A stretch of DNA of 64,000 nucleotides from Candidatus Daviesbacteria bacterium RIFCSPLOWO2_01_FULL_39_23 (lineage in GTDB: Bacteria > Patescibacteriota > Microgenomatia > Daviesbacterales > UBA10151): the NCBI GenBank assembly GCA_001776935.1, contig MFDN01000001.1, forward strand, positions 101,449 to 165,448, read 5' to 3'. Numbering within the stretch: position 1 is the first letter of the stretch; every line of letters begins with the position of its first letter. The translations under genes and the position numbers were made by a program. Positions 27,460-38,347 of the stretch are shown here, piece by piece. The notes below the pieces were generated by a model. It saw only the letters and a list, made by a program, of their open reading frames with translations, made no database searches and was not told where the DNA came from.

Positions 27460-29064
27460 ATGCATTTTTTAATATCAAAATTAAAACAAACAAAGTATTT
27501 ATTAGTTTTAATATTGATATTTGCTTTTGCTATAAGAGTCTATAATCTTGCAGAGGTTCCGCCATCTTTGAGCTGGGATGAGGCTTCTATTGGTTATGAT
27601 GCCTGGTCAATTGTGCAGGATGGTAAAGATCAGTGGGGAGAACGCTTACCGTTAATATTCCGATCTTTCGGGGAGTATAAGTTCCCTTTTCATATTTATA
27701 CAACCGCTGTGTTTGTGAGTATTTTGGGATTATCGGAATATGCGGTGCGGCTGCCTTCTGCTTTGTTTGGCGTGGTTAATATATTTTTGATTTTTTTCTT
27801 TGCAAGAAACCTTACGGGAAGTGTCTATATCGGTCTATTGTCCTCATTATTTTTGGCTATCTCTCCGTGGCATATTCAATTTTCCAGGGTCAATTGGGAA
27901 ACTAACTTTGCATTATTTTTCTTCTTTTTGGGCAATTTAGCTTTTCTAAAAGTTGTGAAAAGAGAAAGAGGAAAAATATTGATTCCAATTTCTTATTTTC
28001 TTTTTGGCTTGACCACCTATTCTTATAATGCTGCAAAAGTCTTTGTCCCCTTTTATCTGCTATTTTTGACAATAATTTATTTTAAACGTCTAATCAGATA
28101 CAAAGCGATGTTTATTCTTGGAATAGGCGGCTTCCTGTTAATTATTTTTTTAACTTTATTAAATCCTAAATTATCAGGTACTGTCAGGTTTCAGCAGGTG
28201 GATTTTCCTAATGATTGGATAATTTCAACCGCCACATACAAACTCACAAATAACAGGATATTCTCCAGAGGGGAACTTTTTATCAGGCAGTACTATTCCC
28301 ATTTTTCGCCTAAATTTTTACTTTTATCCGGAGATGAAAATTCCAGACATTCCTCTCAAGTTATGGGACAAGCATATATATTTGATGTTTTGTTTATTAT
28401 TATCGGTTTATTTATTTTATCCAGAAGAAGAACAAAAGAAGATTTAGTGTTATTAGTATGGTTTTTTATGGCTTTTATACCTGCTTCGATAGCCAAAGAG
28501 GCTCCGCATGCTTCAAGAGCGATGTTTGCTTTAGGAAGCTTTCATATTGTTTCTGCAACTGGACTTTCTCACTTTTTTTCGCATTTCAGAAACAATATAC
28601 AAAAAAAAGCCTTTATTTTTTTTGCTGCATTATTTATCACTGTGCTTTTTGGCAGATATTTCTATTTGTATTTAACAAGCTATCCAGTCGGGTATTCTCA
28701 GGATTGGCAGTACGGCTATAAGCAAATTTTCACAAAATATAAAGACGAATTTCAAAAATATGATAATATTTTTATTTCGGACGCATATGCCCAGCCGTAT
28801 ATTTTTGCTCTTTTTTACTTAAAATATGATCCAAAGAAATTCAGGGCAGAAGCTGTGCGCAACAGCATGGATCAATGGGGATTTTCAACAGTTAAAACCT
28901 TTGATAAATTTATTTTCGGAAAAGTAAAAGATGCAGAGGCTGTAAAAGGCATAAGTTTAATCTTTGCTTCGCCTTCCGAGTATCTGGCAAAAACTCCTTC
29001 TAAAGATGTAATATTGAATTTGGACGCAAGCCCAGCTTTTTATGTTTATGAATACGCAAAATAA
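27460..29064 (+). CDS. PMT/ArnT-like GT-C glycosyltransferase (family B)
   Basis: PPSLSWDEASIGYDAWS...GKDQWG...FGEYKFP; WQYGYKQ; start uncertain (27442 or 27460). Confidence 0.8.
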   Translation: MHFLISKLKQTKYLLVLILIFAFAIRVYNLAEVPPSLSWDEASIGYDAWSIVQDGKDQWGERLPLIFRSFGEYKFPFHIYTTAVFVSILGLSEYAVRLPSALFGVVNIFLIFFFARNLTGSVYIGLLSSLFLAISPWHIQFSRVNWETNFALFFFFLGNLAFLKVVKRERGKILIPISYFLFGLTTYSYNAAKVFVPFYLLFLTIIYFKRLIRYKAMFILGIGGFLLIIFLTLLNPKLSGTVRFQQVDFPNDWIISTATYKLTNNRIFSRGELFIRQYYSHFSPKFLLLSGDENSRHSSQVMGQAYIFDVLFIIIGLFILSRRRTKEDLVLLVWFFMAFIPASIAKEAPHASRAMFALGSFHIVSATGLSHFFSHFRNNIQKKAFIFFAALFITVLFGRYFYLYLTSYPVGYSQDWQYGYKQIFTKYKDEFQKYDNIFISDAYAQPYIFALFYLKYDPKKFRAEAVRNSMDQWGFSTVKTFDKFIFGKVKDAEAVKGISLIFASPSEYLAKTPSKDVILNLDASPAFYVYEYAK

Positions 29065-30688
29065 GATTAAAATAGTTATTCTGATTTTAATTATATTTCT
29101 TGCAGCTTCCTTGCGCCTTTATAAATTGGATCAAATCCCCCCTTCTTTAAATTGGGATGAAACTGCCGGGGCTTATAATGCTTATGTAATTGCAAACTGG
29201 GCAAGGGACGAATGGGGCCAGTTTCTTCCTTTAATCTTTACCTCTTTTAGGGATGACAAGCACCCTGTGCATGTATACATCACTGCAGTGGTTGTGAAAA
29301 TCTTCGGATTATCAGACTTTACCGCCAGGCTGTCGGGAGCGCTGGTTGGGATATTTTCCGTGCTGGTAATTTATTATTTGGCTGGCATTTTTTTTAAAAA
29401 TAGCTTGGCAGCGTTATTTTCCGCCTTTTTTTTGGCTGTATCTCCTTATCACCTGCAATTTTCAAGGGGGTTATGGGAAGTTAATTTTGCTCTTTTTTTC
29501 TTTTTGCTGGGTCTTTTGATGTTTTATTTAGGAATAAAAAAGAAAGCCCGGCTTATTAATATTTCTTTTTTCAGCTTTGGACTTAGCCTATTGTCTTATC
29601 ATTCGTCAAAAGTAGTTGTTCCTATGATGGTGCTTTTGCTGGTTGTTTTGTATTTTAAGGATCTTAGAAAACTTTCATTAAATTTTTACACAGGCATATT
29701 TATTTTCCTTATTTTTATTACTTTATTATTTATCGATCCGCGCCTGGTAGGATTTGCCAGGGCAAAGCAAACACAATTCGGCCAGGATGTTATTGAAAAG
29801 ACTCGAATATATCAAAAAACAAAAAATTCCACACTTGGACTGGCAGAAATTGCATTAAATCAGTATATAACTCATTTTTCTCTAAACTATTTATTTCTTT
29901 ACGGCGATCAAAGTCCGCGAAATTCTGTTAAAACAAGTGGGGAATTCTATAAATCAGATGGCTTATTTTTTATTGCCGGTCTTTTGTACCTAATAAAATT
30001 AAGATCAAGAGTTAGTCTGGTCTTACTTTTTTGGTTGCTGCTGGCACCAATACCATCCAGCTTGGTAGGCGGAGCTCCCAGCGCTACAAGAGCAATTTTT
30101 ATGGCGGGAAGCATGCATCTTTTGGCGGGGGCAGGCGCAGCAGGCATTGCCGGATTGCTGGGTAAAAAACTTAAGGTTTTTGTCGTGATTTTAATTCTTC
30201 TTTTTGTGAGCGTACAGGCTTATTTTTTTCTTGGCTACTATTTTAATGCCTATCCCAAAAAAGACCCTCATGAGTGGCAATACGGGATGAAGCAAATTGT
30301 AGAATTTGTTAAAGAACACGAGGAATATGACTATATCTTTATGACTGATATACGTTCTCAGCCGTATATATTTTTTCTATATTATTTAAAACACCCTCTA
30401 CCTGAATATTTAAACAGTGTGGTGTACAATAATAGTGAAGAGAGTGTAAAATATAATACTGTTTCCTATTTTGGCGGGTATTACTTGGGAAAAGAGGGGG
30501 AGGAAAGAAGGATTAATGTCTATTTTGGAGGTTGGGATCCGATTGAAAGCACTCCTGATAAAGGAAGGCTTTATGTAGTCAGTCCAAGCCAGTATGATGG
30601 GCTTAAGCACAGGTCAAGTTTTGATGTTAAAAAGATAATTTATTATCCTGACGGAGGAAAAGCTTTTTATATCGTAAGCGCAACTTGA
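29048..30688 (+). CDS. PMT/ArnT-like GT-C glycosyltransferase (family B)
   Basis: PPSLNWDETAGAYNAY....RDEWG...FRDDKHP; WQYGMKQ; start 29042 or 29048. Confidence 0.8.
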   Translation: MNTQNKIKIVILILIIFLAASLRLYKLDQIPPSLNWDETAGAYNAYVIANWARDEWGQFLPLIFTSFRDDKHPVHVYITAVVVKIFGLSDFTARLSGALVGIFSVLVIYYLAGIFFKNSLAALFSAFFLAVSPYHLQFSRGLWEVNFALFFFLLGLLMFYLGIKKKARLINISFFSFGLSLLSYHSSKVVVPMMVLLLVVLYFKDLRKLSLNFYTGIFIFLIFITLLFIDPRLVGFARAKQTQFGQDVIEKTRIYQKTKNSTLGLAEIALNQYITHFSLNYLFLYGDQSPRNSVKTSGEFYKSDGLFFIAGLLYLIKLRSRVSLVLLFWLLLAPIPSSLVGGAPSATRAIFMAGSMHLLAGAGAAGIAGLLGKKLKVFVVILILLFVSVQAYFFLGYYFNAYPKKDPHEWQYGMKQIVEFVKEHEEYDYIFMTDIRSQPYIFFLYYLKHPLPEYLNSVVYNNSEESVKYNTVSYFGGYYLGKEGEERRINVYFGGWDPIESTPDKGRLYVVSPSQYDGLKHRSSFDVKKIIYYPDGGKAFYIVSAT

Positions 30689-30704
30689 AATTAGCAGGTA
30701 ATTT

Positions 30705-31493
30705 ATGAAAAAGAAAACGCTTTCTGTAGTTTTAGCAACACATAATGAAGAAAAAAATCTCGCTGATTGTTTGGAAGCAATCAAAGGGATTGCAGACGAA
30801 ATAGTGGTTGTGGACGGGGATTCTGAAGATAATACCGTAAATATTGCCAAAGACTTTAATGCAAGGGTTATTATTACGAATAACCCTCCCATTTTTCATA
30901 TAAATAAAAATAAGGCCATTGATGCAAGTAGAAGTGATTGGGTTTTGCAACTGGATGCTGATGAGATAGTATCTGCTGACTTAGCAAAGGAAATTATTAA
31001 AGTGATAAATTCAGACTTGGAGATTAATGGTTATTGGATTCCCCGAAGCAATCTTTTTTTAGGGAGTTTTTTGAAAAAAGGGGGGCAATATCCGGATTAT
31101 ACTTTAAGGCTTTATCGTCGCGGGAAAGGAAGACTACCGGCTAAAGATGTGCATGAGCAGGCAGTGGTAGAGGGTAAAGTAGGATACTTAAAAAACGATC
31201 TTTTGCATTTAAGGGATAAAAACTTTTCAGAATATTATGTAAGATTTAGAAGGTATACGGATTTACTTGCAGCTCAATTAGGAGAAAGAGGGGTAAAGAT
31301 CAGTCTGTTCTCATTTGTAAATTACATATTTATTAAGCCCCTGCATTGGTTTCTTAAGGTTTTTGTAAGACATAAGGGATTTGTAGACGGATATCCTGGA
31401 TTTGTTTTTGCATTCTTTTCATCACTTCGGTTTCCTGTTTCTTATTATAAATTCTGGAGGCGGCAGAGGTTTCCTGATGAAAATAGGACTTAA
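30705..31493 (+). CDS. GT2 glycosyltransferase (beta-1,4-glucosyltransferase-like)
   Basis: SVVLATHNEE, VVDGDSEDNT, WVLQLDADE, YPDY..RL, VHE. Confidence 0.85.
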   Translation: MKKKTLSVVLATHNEEKNLADCLEAIKGIADEIVVVDGDSEDNTVNIAKDFNARVIITNNPPIFHINKNKAIDASRSDWVLQLDADEIVSADLAKEIIKVINSDLEINGYWIPRSNLFLGSFLKKGGQYPDYTLRLYRRGKGRLPAKDVHEQAVVEGKVGYLKNDLLHLRDKNFSEYYVRFRRYTDLLAAQLGERGVKISLFSFVNYIFIKPLHWFLKVFVRHKGFVDGYPGFVFAFFSSLRFPVSYYKFWRRQRFPDENRT

Positions 31494-32547
31494 TGTTACT
31501 CCCCTACATTCCGGCCATAGATTAAGAGGAATAGGATACTATACCCGCAACCTCCTGACTTATTTAAAAAGAGAAAAAGATTTAGAGGTCTTAGAATTTA
31601 CTAAATTATCGGAAATAAAAGGCGCTCAAATTATTCATTATCCCTGGTTTGATTTATTCTTTCATACTCTTCCAATTTTGAAACCTATTCCTACCATAAT
31701 TACAGTTCATGACACTATTCCGCTTGTATTTTCTAAACAATATCCGGTAGGAATTAGGGGGAAAGCTAACATGTATCTGCAAAAATTGGCTTTGAAAAAT
31801 TGCAAATTTATTATCACGGATTCTTTAAGCTCAAAAAAAGATATCCTAAAATATTTAAAATTCAAAGAGGAAAAAATTATAGCAATACCATTAGCAGCAG
31901 ATCCAAAATTTAGAATTTTGCAAGATCCCGTATTAATGCCTATAAGGAGAAAGTATAATTTGCCAGAGAAATTTATTATGTATGCGGGAGATGCCAACGC
32001 AATTAAAAATTTGCCTTTTTTGGTTGATGTTTTTAGGCAATTAATTTCGGAATCTGATTTTCAAGAGATTAAACTTGTTTTGGTTGGTGGAGTATTTTTG
32101 AAAAACGTTGAGAATATAAATCATCCGGAACTGGAGAGTTTGAAAATGCTTAATAGGAAGATTAGGGACTATGGCTTAGAAGACAAGATTATTAGGCCGG
32201 GCAATGTCGACGAGGATGAGTTAGTAGCCTTTTTTAACCTAGCTACTGTATATATTCAACCTTCCTTATATGAAGGATTTGGCTTGCCTGTTTTGCAAGC
32301 ATTTGCTTGTGGCGCTCCGGTAATTTCTTCAAACGGAGGAAGTCTGCCGGAAGTCGGCGGTCAGGCAGCTCTGTATTTTGATCTTAGTAATTTAAATCAA
32401 CTTAAGTCACTGCTTGTTGATGTGTTAGGAGATAAATCATTAAGGCATAAATTATCTGAACTTGGATTAAAGCAAGCTGGCAGATTTTCATGGGAGAAAA
32501 CAGTCAGACAAACAATAGAAGTATATCGTAGGGCTATTACTAAATAA
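31477..32547 (+). CDS. GT4 glycosyltransferase (mannosyltransferase MtfB-like)
   Basis: RGIGYY, TVHD.IP, PSLYEGFGLPVLQAFACG, FSWEK; ATG 31477 (MKIG) preferred. Confidence 0.88.
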   Translation: MKIGLNVTPLHSGHRLRGIGYYTRNLLTYLKREKDLEVLEFTKLSEIKGAQIIHYPWFDLFFHTLPILKPIPTIITVHDTIPLVFSKQYPVGIRGKANMYLQKLALKNCKFIITDSLSSKKDILKYLKFKEEKIIAIPLAADPKFRILQDPVLMPIRRKYNLPEKFIMYAGDANAIKNLPFLVDVFRQLISESDFQEIKLVLVGGVFLKNVENINHPELESLKMLNRKIRDYGLEDKIIRPGNVDEDELVAFFNLATVYIQPSLYEGFGLPVLQAFACGAPVISSNGGSLPEVGGQAALYFDLSNLNQLKSLLVDVLGDKSLRHKLSELGLKQAGRFSWEKTVRQTIEVYRRAITK

Positions 32548-32549
32548 TA

Positions 32550-33728
32550 ATGTTTACTAAAATATCTATTCTATTTTTAGCCTGGATAGTAGGGTTGTTT
32601 GCTGTTTCATTTTTAGCAATTTATTTTCTACCAGAATTCGGAAACAGATTTCCTTATGCTGATCAGGTGCTTAGAGTAACGGGTTTGCCTTCTTTTGTGT
32701 GGGGGTTTGGTAATTTTGACGGGGTGCATTATTTAAGAATTGCCCAAAATGGTTATAATGCACAATACTCTCAAGCTTTTTTCCCCCTTTATCCTTTGCT
32801 GGTTAGATTTTTAACGGAGGTAAATTTACTTATACCTAAAAATCCGACAATTGATAGTAGAATATTTGTAGATCCAAGCTATTTTTATAATGGGTTGATA
32901 TTATCGAATATTTTTTTATTTTTAGCACTCATTGTTTTTTATAAATTATTAAAGCTGGACTTTAGTCCAAAAGTGGCTTATGGATCTTTAGTTTTACTTT
33001 TGTCGTTTCCCACAGCATATTATTTTAATTCCATTTATACGGAGTCTCTTTTTTTATTTTTGGTTTTAGGGTCACTTTATTGTGCAAGAAAAGATAATTT
33101 TTTACTAGCAGGGCTATTTGGAGGTTTAGCTTCCGCTACAAGAATTTTCGGTTTACTTTTGATTCCGGTTTTGTTGATTGAATTGTGGCTAAAATTTAAA
33201 AATAAAAGCTTGGAGATGGAAGAAATATCCAAAACGGTTATAGGTCTCCTTTTGGTTCCTTTTGGAACATTGCTTTATATGTTATTTTTACGCTTAAACT
33301 TTGAGAATCCACTATATTTTCTAACTTCCCAACCTCTTTTTGGGGCTGAAAGAACATCCGGTAGTCTTGTTTTTTTGCCGCAAGTGATTTATAGGTACTT
33401 AAAAATTTTTATGACAGTTCCCCCTACCACGCAATTATTTTTTAATGCTTTATTAGAATTTTCATTTACAGTTTTAGTTTTTGCATGTTTGTTGTTATTT
33501 ATAAAGAAAATTAGGCCCAGCTACCTTGTATTTGCTTTAGGATGCCTGATTATACCGACACTAACAGGGACATTTTCTTCAATGCCCAGATATTCCCTGA
33601 TGGGTTTTTTACTTTTGCCGCTTATAGTGCAAGCTTTAGGCAATTATTATAAAGTATTGGTGGTTTTTTTTGTGGCTATTGGTATAATCTTGGTAAGTTT
33701 ATTCACGCGAGGGTACTGGGTAGCATGA
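32550..33728 (+). CDS. PIG-V-like (GT76-type) GT-C mannosyltransferase homologue
   Basis: NFDGVHYLRIAQNGY...AFFPLYPLL, FP.AYYF...YTESLF, LASATR..G, SMPRY. Confidence 0.75.
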   Translation: MFTKISILFLAWIVGLFAVSFLAIYFLPEFGNRFPYADQVLRVTGLPSFVWGFGNFDGVHYLRIAQNGYNAQYSQAFFPLYPLLVRFLTEVNLLIPKNPTIDSRIFVDPSYFYNGLILSNIFLFLALIVFYKLLKLDFSPKVAYGSLVLLLSFPTAYYFNSIYTESLFLFLVLGSLYCARKDNFLLAGLFGGLASATRIFGLLLIPVLLIELWLKFKNKSLEMEEISKTVIGLLLVPFGTLLYMLFLRLNFENPLYFLTSQPLFGAERTSGSLVFLPQVIYRYLKIFMTVPPTTQLFFNALLEFSFTVLVFACLLLFIKKIRPSYLVFALGCLIIPTLTGTFSSMPRYSLMGFLLLPLIVQALGNYYKVLVVFFVAIGIILVSLFTRGYWVA

Positions 33729-34396
33729 AAATTTCAATTGTAATTCCTGCATATAACGAGGCAAAAAATATAGGGTTAGTCCTGGATTCCTTAAGAAGGG
33801 AAAAGTTCCCTATTGTAGTTGTGGATGATGGCTCTAAAGATAAAACATTCGATATTGCATCAAAATATGTAAGGACTTTGAGGGACTTAACTGTTTTAAG
33901 GCATAAAGTAAATTTAGGGAAAGGAGCTGCCTTAAAGACTGGATGCGAATCTGCCATCCTAAGTGGAGCAGAGGGTATTATTATTATGGATTCGGATGGA
34001 CAGCATCGGGTTGCGGATCTTCCAAAATTTATAGAAGTATTAAATGGTGGAAAATATGATATAGTTTTTGGCTCAAGGGATATAAACATGAACATGCCCT
34101 TAGTAAGGTTTATAGGCAATAAAGTAGCCTCGGCATTAATTTCTTTTCTTTTTGGGATTTATATCTCGGACCTTATTTGTGGTTTCCGGGCGTTTACCAA
34201 GACTGCGTACCGAAAGTTAAACTTAAAATCATCCAATTATGGAATAGAAACTGAGATGGTTGCTAAGGTAGGAAAGCTCCGCCTAAAGCATTGTGAAATA
34301 CCAGTGGAGACTGTATACTATGATAAATTCAAAGGTGTTACCATTCTGGATGCTTTAGGAATTCTCTTTGATGTATTCATTTGGAAAATAAGGTAA
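33725..34396 (+). CDS. DPM1-like GT2, probable polyprenyl-phosphate sugar synthase
   Basis: VIPAYNE, VVDDGSKD, NLGKGAAL, MDSDGQH, GSR, D..CGFRAF; soluble. Confidence 0.85.
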   Translation: MKISIVIPAYNEAKNIGLVLDSLRREKFPIVVVDDGSKDKTFDIASKYVRTLRDLTVLRHKVNLGKGAALKTGCESAILSGAEGIIIMDSDGQHRVADLPKFIEVLNGGKYDIVFGSRDINMNMPLVRFIGNKVASALISFLFGIYISDLICGFRAFTKTAYRKLNLKSSNYGIETEMVAKVGKLRLKHCEIPVETVYYDKFKGVTILDALGILFDVFIWKIR

Positions 34397-34403
34397 TTTA
34401 AAT

Positions 34404-34736
34404 ATGATAATTGGCTTGCAACTTGTAGCAATAGTATTTGCATTAATAATGATTTATTTTGCCTATCTTCACTATAGTAGGGGTGAGCTAAATGGAGTAG
34501 AGGTATTGTCATGGTTAATTATTTGGCTTAGCGCGATTATAATCGTAGTTTTTCCCGATTTACTTCGGACTTTTGCGCAAACTTTTGCTATTTCCCGGCT
34601 GTTTGACTTAATGATAGTAGGCGGATTTATAGTTGTCATTCCCATGATCTATATATCTTATGTAAGGACGAAAAGGCTTGAGAAGAAATTAGAAGACTAT
34701 ATTAGGAAAGAAACTTTAAAACAAACTAAAAAATAG
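34404..34736 (+). CDS. DUF2304-like small membrane protein
   Basis: 110 aa, 3 TM, W...W....VVFP..L......ISR..D, charged tail; usual neighbour of DPM1-like genes. Confidence 0.7.
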   Translation: MIIGLQLVAIVFALIMIYFAYLHYSRGELNGVEVLSWLIIWLSAIIIVVFPDLLRTFAQTFAISRLFDLMIVGGFIVVIPMIYISYVRTKRLEKKLEDYIRKETLKQTKK

Positions 34737-34741
34737 TCAGT

Positions 34742-35575
34742 ATGGTAAATGATCTCCCCAGAATATCTATAGTGATGCCTTGTTTGAATTGTGTTGACTA
34801 TATCGAAAGATCGATTAGGTCTTGCGTGGAACAAGATTATCAAAACATAGAACTTTTTATTAAAGATGGAGGTTCAACAGACGGAACCGTTGATGTAATT
34901 AAATTTTATGCACAAAAATACCCTAAAATTATAAAATGGATTTCGGTAAAAGATAAAGGACAGTCTGATGCCATTAATTTCGGAATGAAAAAGGTCAGCG
35001 GAGAAATCTGTACTTATTTGAATGCAGATGATGTATATAAAAAAGGCGCTTTGAAACAAGTAGCAGAATATTTTTATCAGCATCCAAATGTTTTCTGGTT
35101 GTACGGAAAGGCTGATATTATCGATGCAGAAGATAAGACGATTAGAAAGTGGGTAACTTTGTATAAGAATTTTTGGCTCAAAAATTATTCCTATACTAAT
35201 CTTTTGGTTTTAAATTATATTTCGCAAATGGCTTGTTTCTGGAGGAAAGAAGCGGCAAAGGAAGTGGGGAAATTTGATAGAGACGAACATTATGTGATGG
35301 ATTATGATTATTGGTTGAGACTGGGACAAAAATTTAAAGCAGGTGTTTTAGATTTGTATCTTGCAAGTTTCAGAATAGTGCCGACAGCTAAGAGTGCGAC
35401 AGGGTTTATTAATCAATTTCAAGACGAATATGAAGTAGCTAAGAAATATACAAGAAACAGCGTAATTATTTTTCTGCATAATTTGCATTATAAACTTATT
35501 ATCTTTATCTATTATATTCTGAAAGTTCTACAAAATTTTTCCTCCAAAGGATTTAATGAAAAAATCAATCAGTAA
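34742..35575 (+). CDS. GT2 glycosyltransferase (WcaE/WfgS-like)
   Basis: SIVMPCLN, DGGSTDGT, KDKGQSDAIN.G, LNADD, MDYDYWLR. Confidence 0.88.
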   Translation: MVNDLPRISIVMPCLNCVDYIERSIRSCVEQDYQNIELFIKDGGSTDGTVDVIKFYAQKYPKIIKWISVKDKGQSDAINFGMKKVSGEICTYLNADDVYKKGALKQVAEYFYQHPNVFWLYGKADIIDAEDKTIRKWVTLYKNFWLKNYSYTNLLVLNYISQMACFWRKEAAKEVGKFDRDEHYVMDYDYWLRLGQKFKAGVLDLYLASFRIVPTAKSATGFINQFQDEYEVAKKYTRNSVIIFLHNLHYKLIIFIYYILKVLQNFSSKGFNEKINQ

Positions 35576-36529
<954 letters not shown>

Positions 36530-37264
36530 ATGAAGCATAAACAAAGAAGGTTTTTGCATAAAGGAAATTTTATTTCTTTGATAATTCCGGTTCTAAATGA
36601 GGAAAAAACTTTAGCAACCATTATAGATAAGTGTTCTACTCAGTCGGTGGTTAAGCAGTTAGTTATAGTAAATGACGGATCGACAGACGATACCCGTAGA
36701 ATATTAAATAAGATTAGTAAAAAAAGCAGTTCAAGACTCATTATTACAATATTGCATCATGATAATAACTTAGGGAAAGGTGCAGCAATAAAAACCGGAT
36801 TAGGCAAGGCGACAGGTAAATATGTGATGGTGCAGGATGCTGATTTGGAATATTCACCTGATGAAATCAAGCATTTATATAATAAGGCTGAAGAAACGGA
36901 AAGCGGGATAGTCTTTGGTACAAGATCGAATCATAAAAAAAAGGGGTATTTACTTGCTCAGCTGGGAAATTGGTATTTAAATTTGATGTTTAATTTTTTG
37001 TTTGGATATCATTTAACGGATAGCTATACCTGTTACAAATTAATACCCAGAACGATTTGGGAAAAGATGAAGCTGAGGTCAAATGGATTTGAAATTGATG
37101 CTGAGTTAATTGCAAAATTAGGTATATGGGGATACAAGATTACGGAGATTCCAATTTCGTATTTCCCCCGTAAATATTCTGAGGGTAAAAAAATTAAATG
37201 GTTAGATCTTTTTAAAGCAACAGGAGCCGCAATAAAAGTACGCCTTTTAGGAAGCAGTATCTAA
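36530..37264 (+). CDS. DPM1-like GT2, probable polyprenyl-phosphate sugar synthase
   Basis: IIPVLNE, VNDGSTD, NLGKGAAI, QDADLEY, TDSYTCYK, FEIDAE, R...EGKKI.W.D. Confidence 0.85.
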   Translation: MKHKQRRFLHKGNFISLIIPVLNEEKTLATIIDKCSTQSVVKQLVIVNDGSTDDTRRILNKISKKSSSRLIITILHHDNNLGKGAAIKTGLGKATGKYVMVQDADLEYSPDEIKHLYNKAEETESGIVFGTRSNHKKKGYLLAQLGNWYLNLMFNFLFGYHLTDSYTCYKLIPRTIWEKMKLRSNGFEIDAELIAKLGIWGYKITEIPISYFPRKYSEGKKIKWLDLFKATGAAIKVRLLGSSI

Positions 37265-38347
37265 TCCTATCCAGGCGCCACCACCAAGAACAGATTTTTC
37301 TATGGCTGAAAGAACTTTTACTATCAAAACGCCTGTATTCATATCGGAAGTGATTTTTTGAAGCCCACGGATGGCCATAACAAATTCTAATAATTGTGCT
37401 GTTAGAGCAGCACCTTTTTCGTACTTGGGATATTGAGGTGGTTGGTTTAATTTATAATATGTTATTTTCTGATTAGAAATATTTGTATCGTCAAATTCTA
37501 TCTTTTCGTCTGTTCCTTCTATAGTAAGCTTTCGAATTTTATGAGTTCCGAACCAGCTGATATTTATTACAGCTTCAAGGTTATTTGCAAAAAGCATTTT
37601 AAATTTTACTGTATCATATAAATTATTTCTAGACTGATTAATTGAACCGACGGCTTTAACTTTTATAATTTGGGATTTTACTAAATCTAAAATTATGGAT
37701 ACCGGATGAGGGCCCCAGTCCCAGATAACGGAGGCGTCCTTACGGATGGGACTACATACACCCTCAAAATTTATTGATTTAACACTTTTAATTTTTTTGA
37801 ATAATGTTTTAACTCTACGATAGGCAGGATTATATAGATAAAGATGACCGGTTAATACTTTAGGTTTTGTTATTTTCCAGATTCTTTGCAACTGAAGGGC
37901 TCGGTCATAATTTGCAGTTAAGGGTTTTTCTATTAATAAATTATGGTTTAAAGCCAAAAGTTTTTTTGCTATATCAAAATGGGTAGAAATGGGCGTTGCA
38001 ATAATGAATCCATCAATATCCTTATTTTTTAACAGATCATTAATTGTTAAAGTTTTAATGTATGAATTTGGTAAGGAGTCAAGTGATTTTTGAGTTTGAG
38101 AGCAGATATATTTGATTTCAATATCTTTAATATTCTTAGCAGTGTGAAGATAATTCCGACCCCACTTACCTGTGCCGATAAGCGCTAAAGTAATCACCCT
38201 ATAACCGCTTCGCCAAACATAAGCACTCTTAGTGCGGGGATGAAGGCGAAGCAAGGTTACAGTCTTCCGCGGCATGAGATGCGAAGCGGATGTAAACTTA
38301 GAATCAAGAAAACCACGGCTTAAAAGCCGCGGAAGTTTATAGCCCAT
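37247..38347 (-). CDS. Gfo/Idh/MocA oxidoreductase; N-terminus contains the 138-nt element (alternative start GTG 38197)
   Basis: LIGTGKWG, IATP...H, LIEKP, GH.YLYNP, WDWGPH. Confidence 0.8.
   Translation of the reverse strand: MGYKLPRLLSRGFLDSKFTSASHLMPRKTVTLLRLHPRTKSAYVWRSGYRVITLALIGTGKWGRNYLHTAKNIKDIEIKYICSQTQKSLDSLPNSYIKTLTINDLLKNKDIDGFIIATPISTHFDIAKKLLALNHNLLIEKPLTANYDRALQLQRIWKITKPKVLTGHLYLYNPAYRRVKTLFKKIKSVKSINFEGVCSPIRKDASVIWDWGPHPVSIILDLVKSQIIKVKAVGSINQSRNNLYDTVKFKMLFANNLEAVINISWFGTHKIRKLTIEGTDEKIEFDDTNISNQKITYYKLNQPPQYPKYEKGAALTAQLLEFVMAIRGLQKITSDMNTGVLIVKVLSAIEKSVLGGGAWIGLDTAS
38203..38340 (+). mobile_element. 138-nt non-autonomous IS200/IS605-type hairpin element
   Basis: After CTAT; left stem GCTTCGCC..GGCGAAGC enclosing GCACT-CTT-AGTGC; right end AAAA-CCACGGCTTAAAAGCCGCGG-AAGTTTAT. 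Confidence 0.7.

Noticed and set aside
38203-38340. tRNA, riboswitch or CRISPR repeat
   Set aside because: No cloverleaf or T-loop, no recognisable aptamer, no repeat-spacer periodicity; its ends are shared with the 39-nt element
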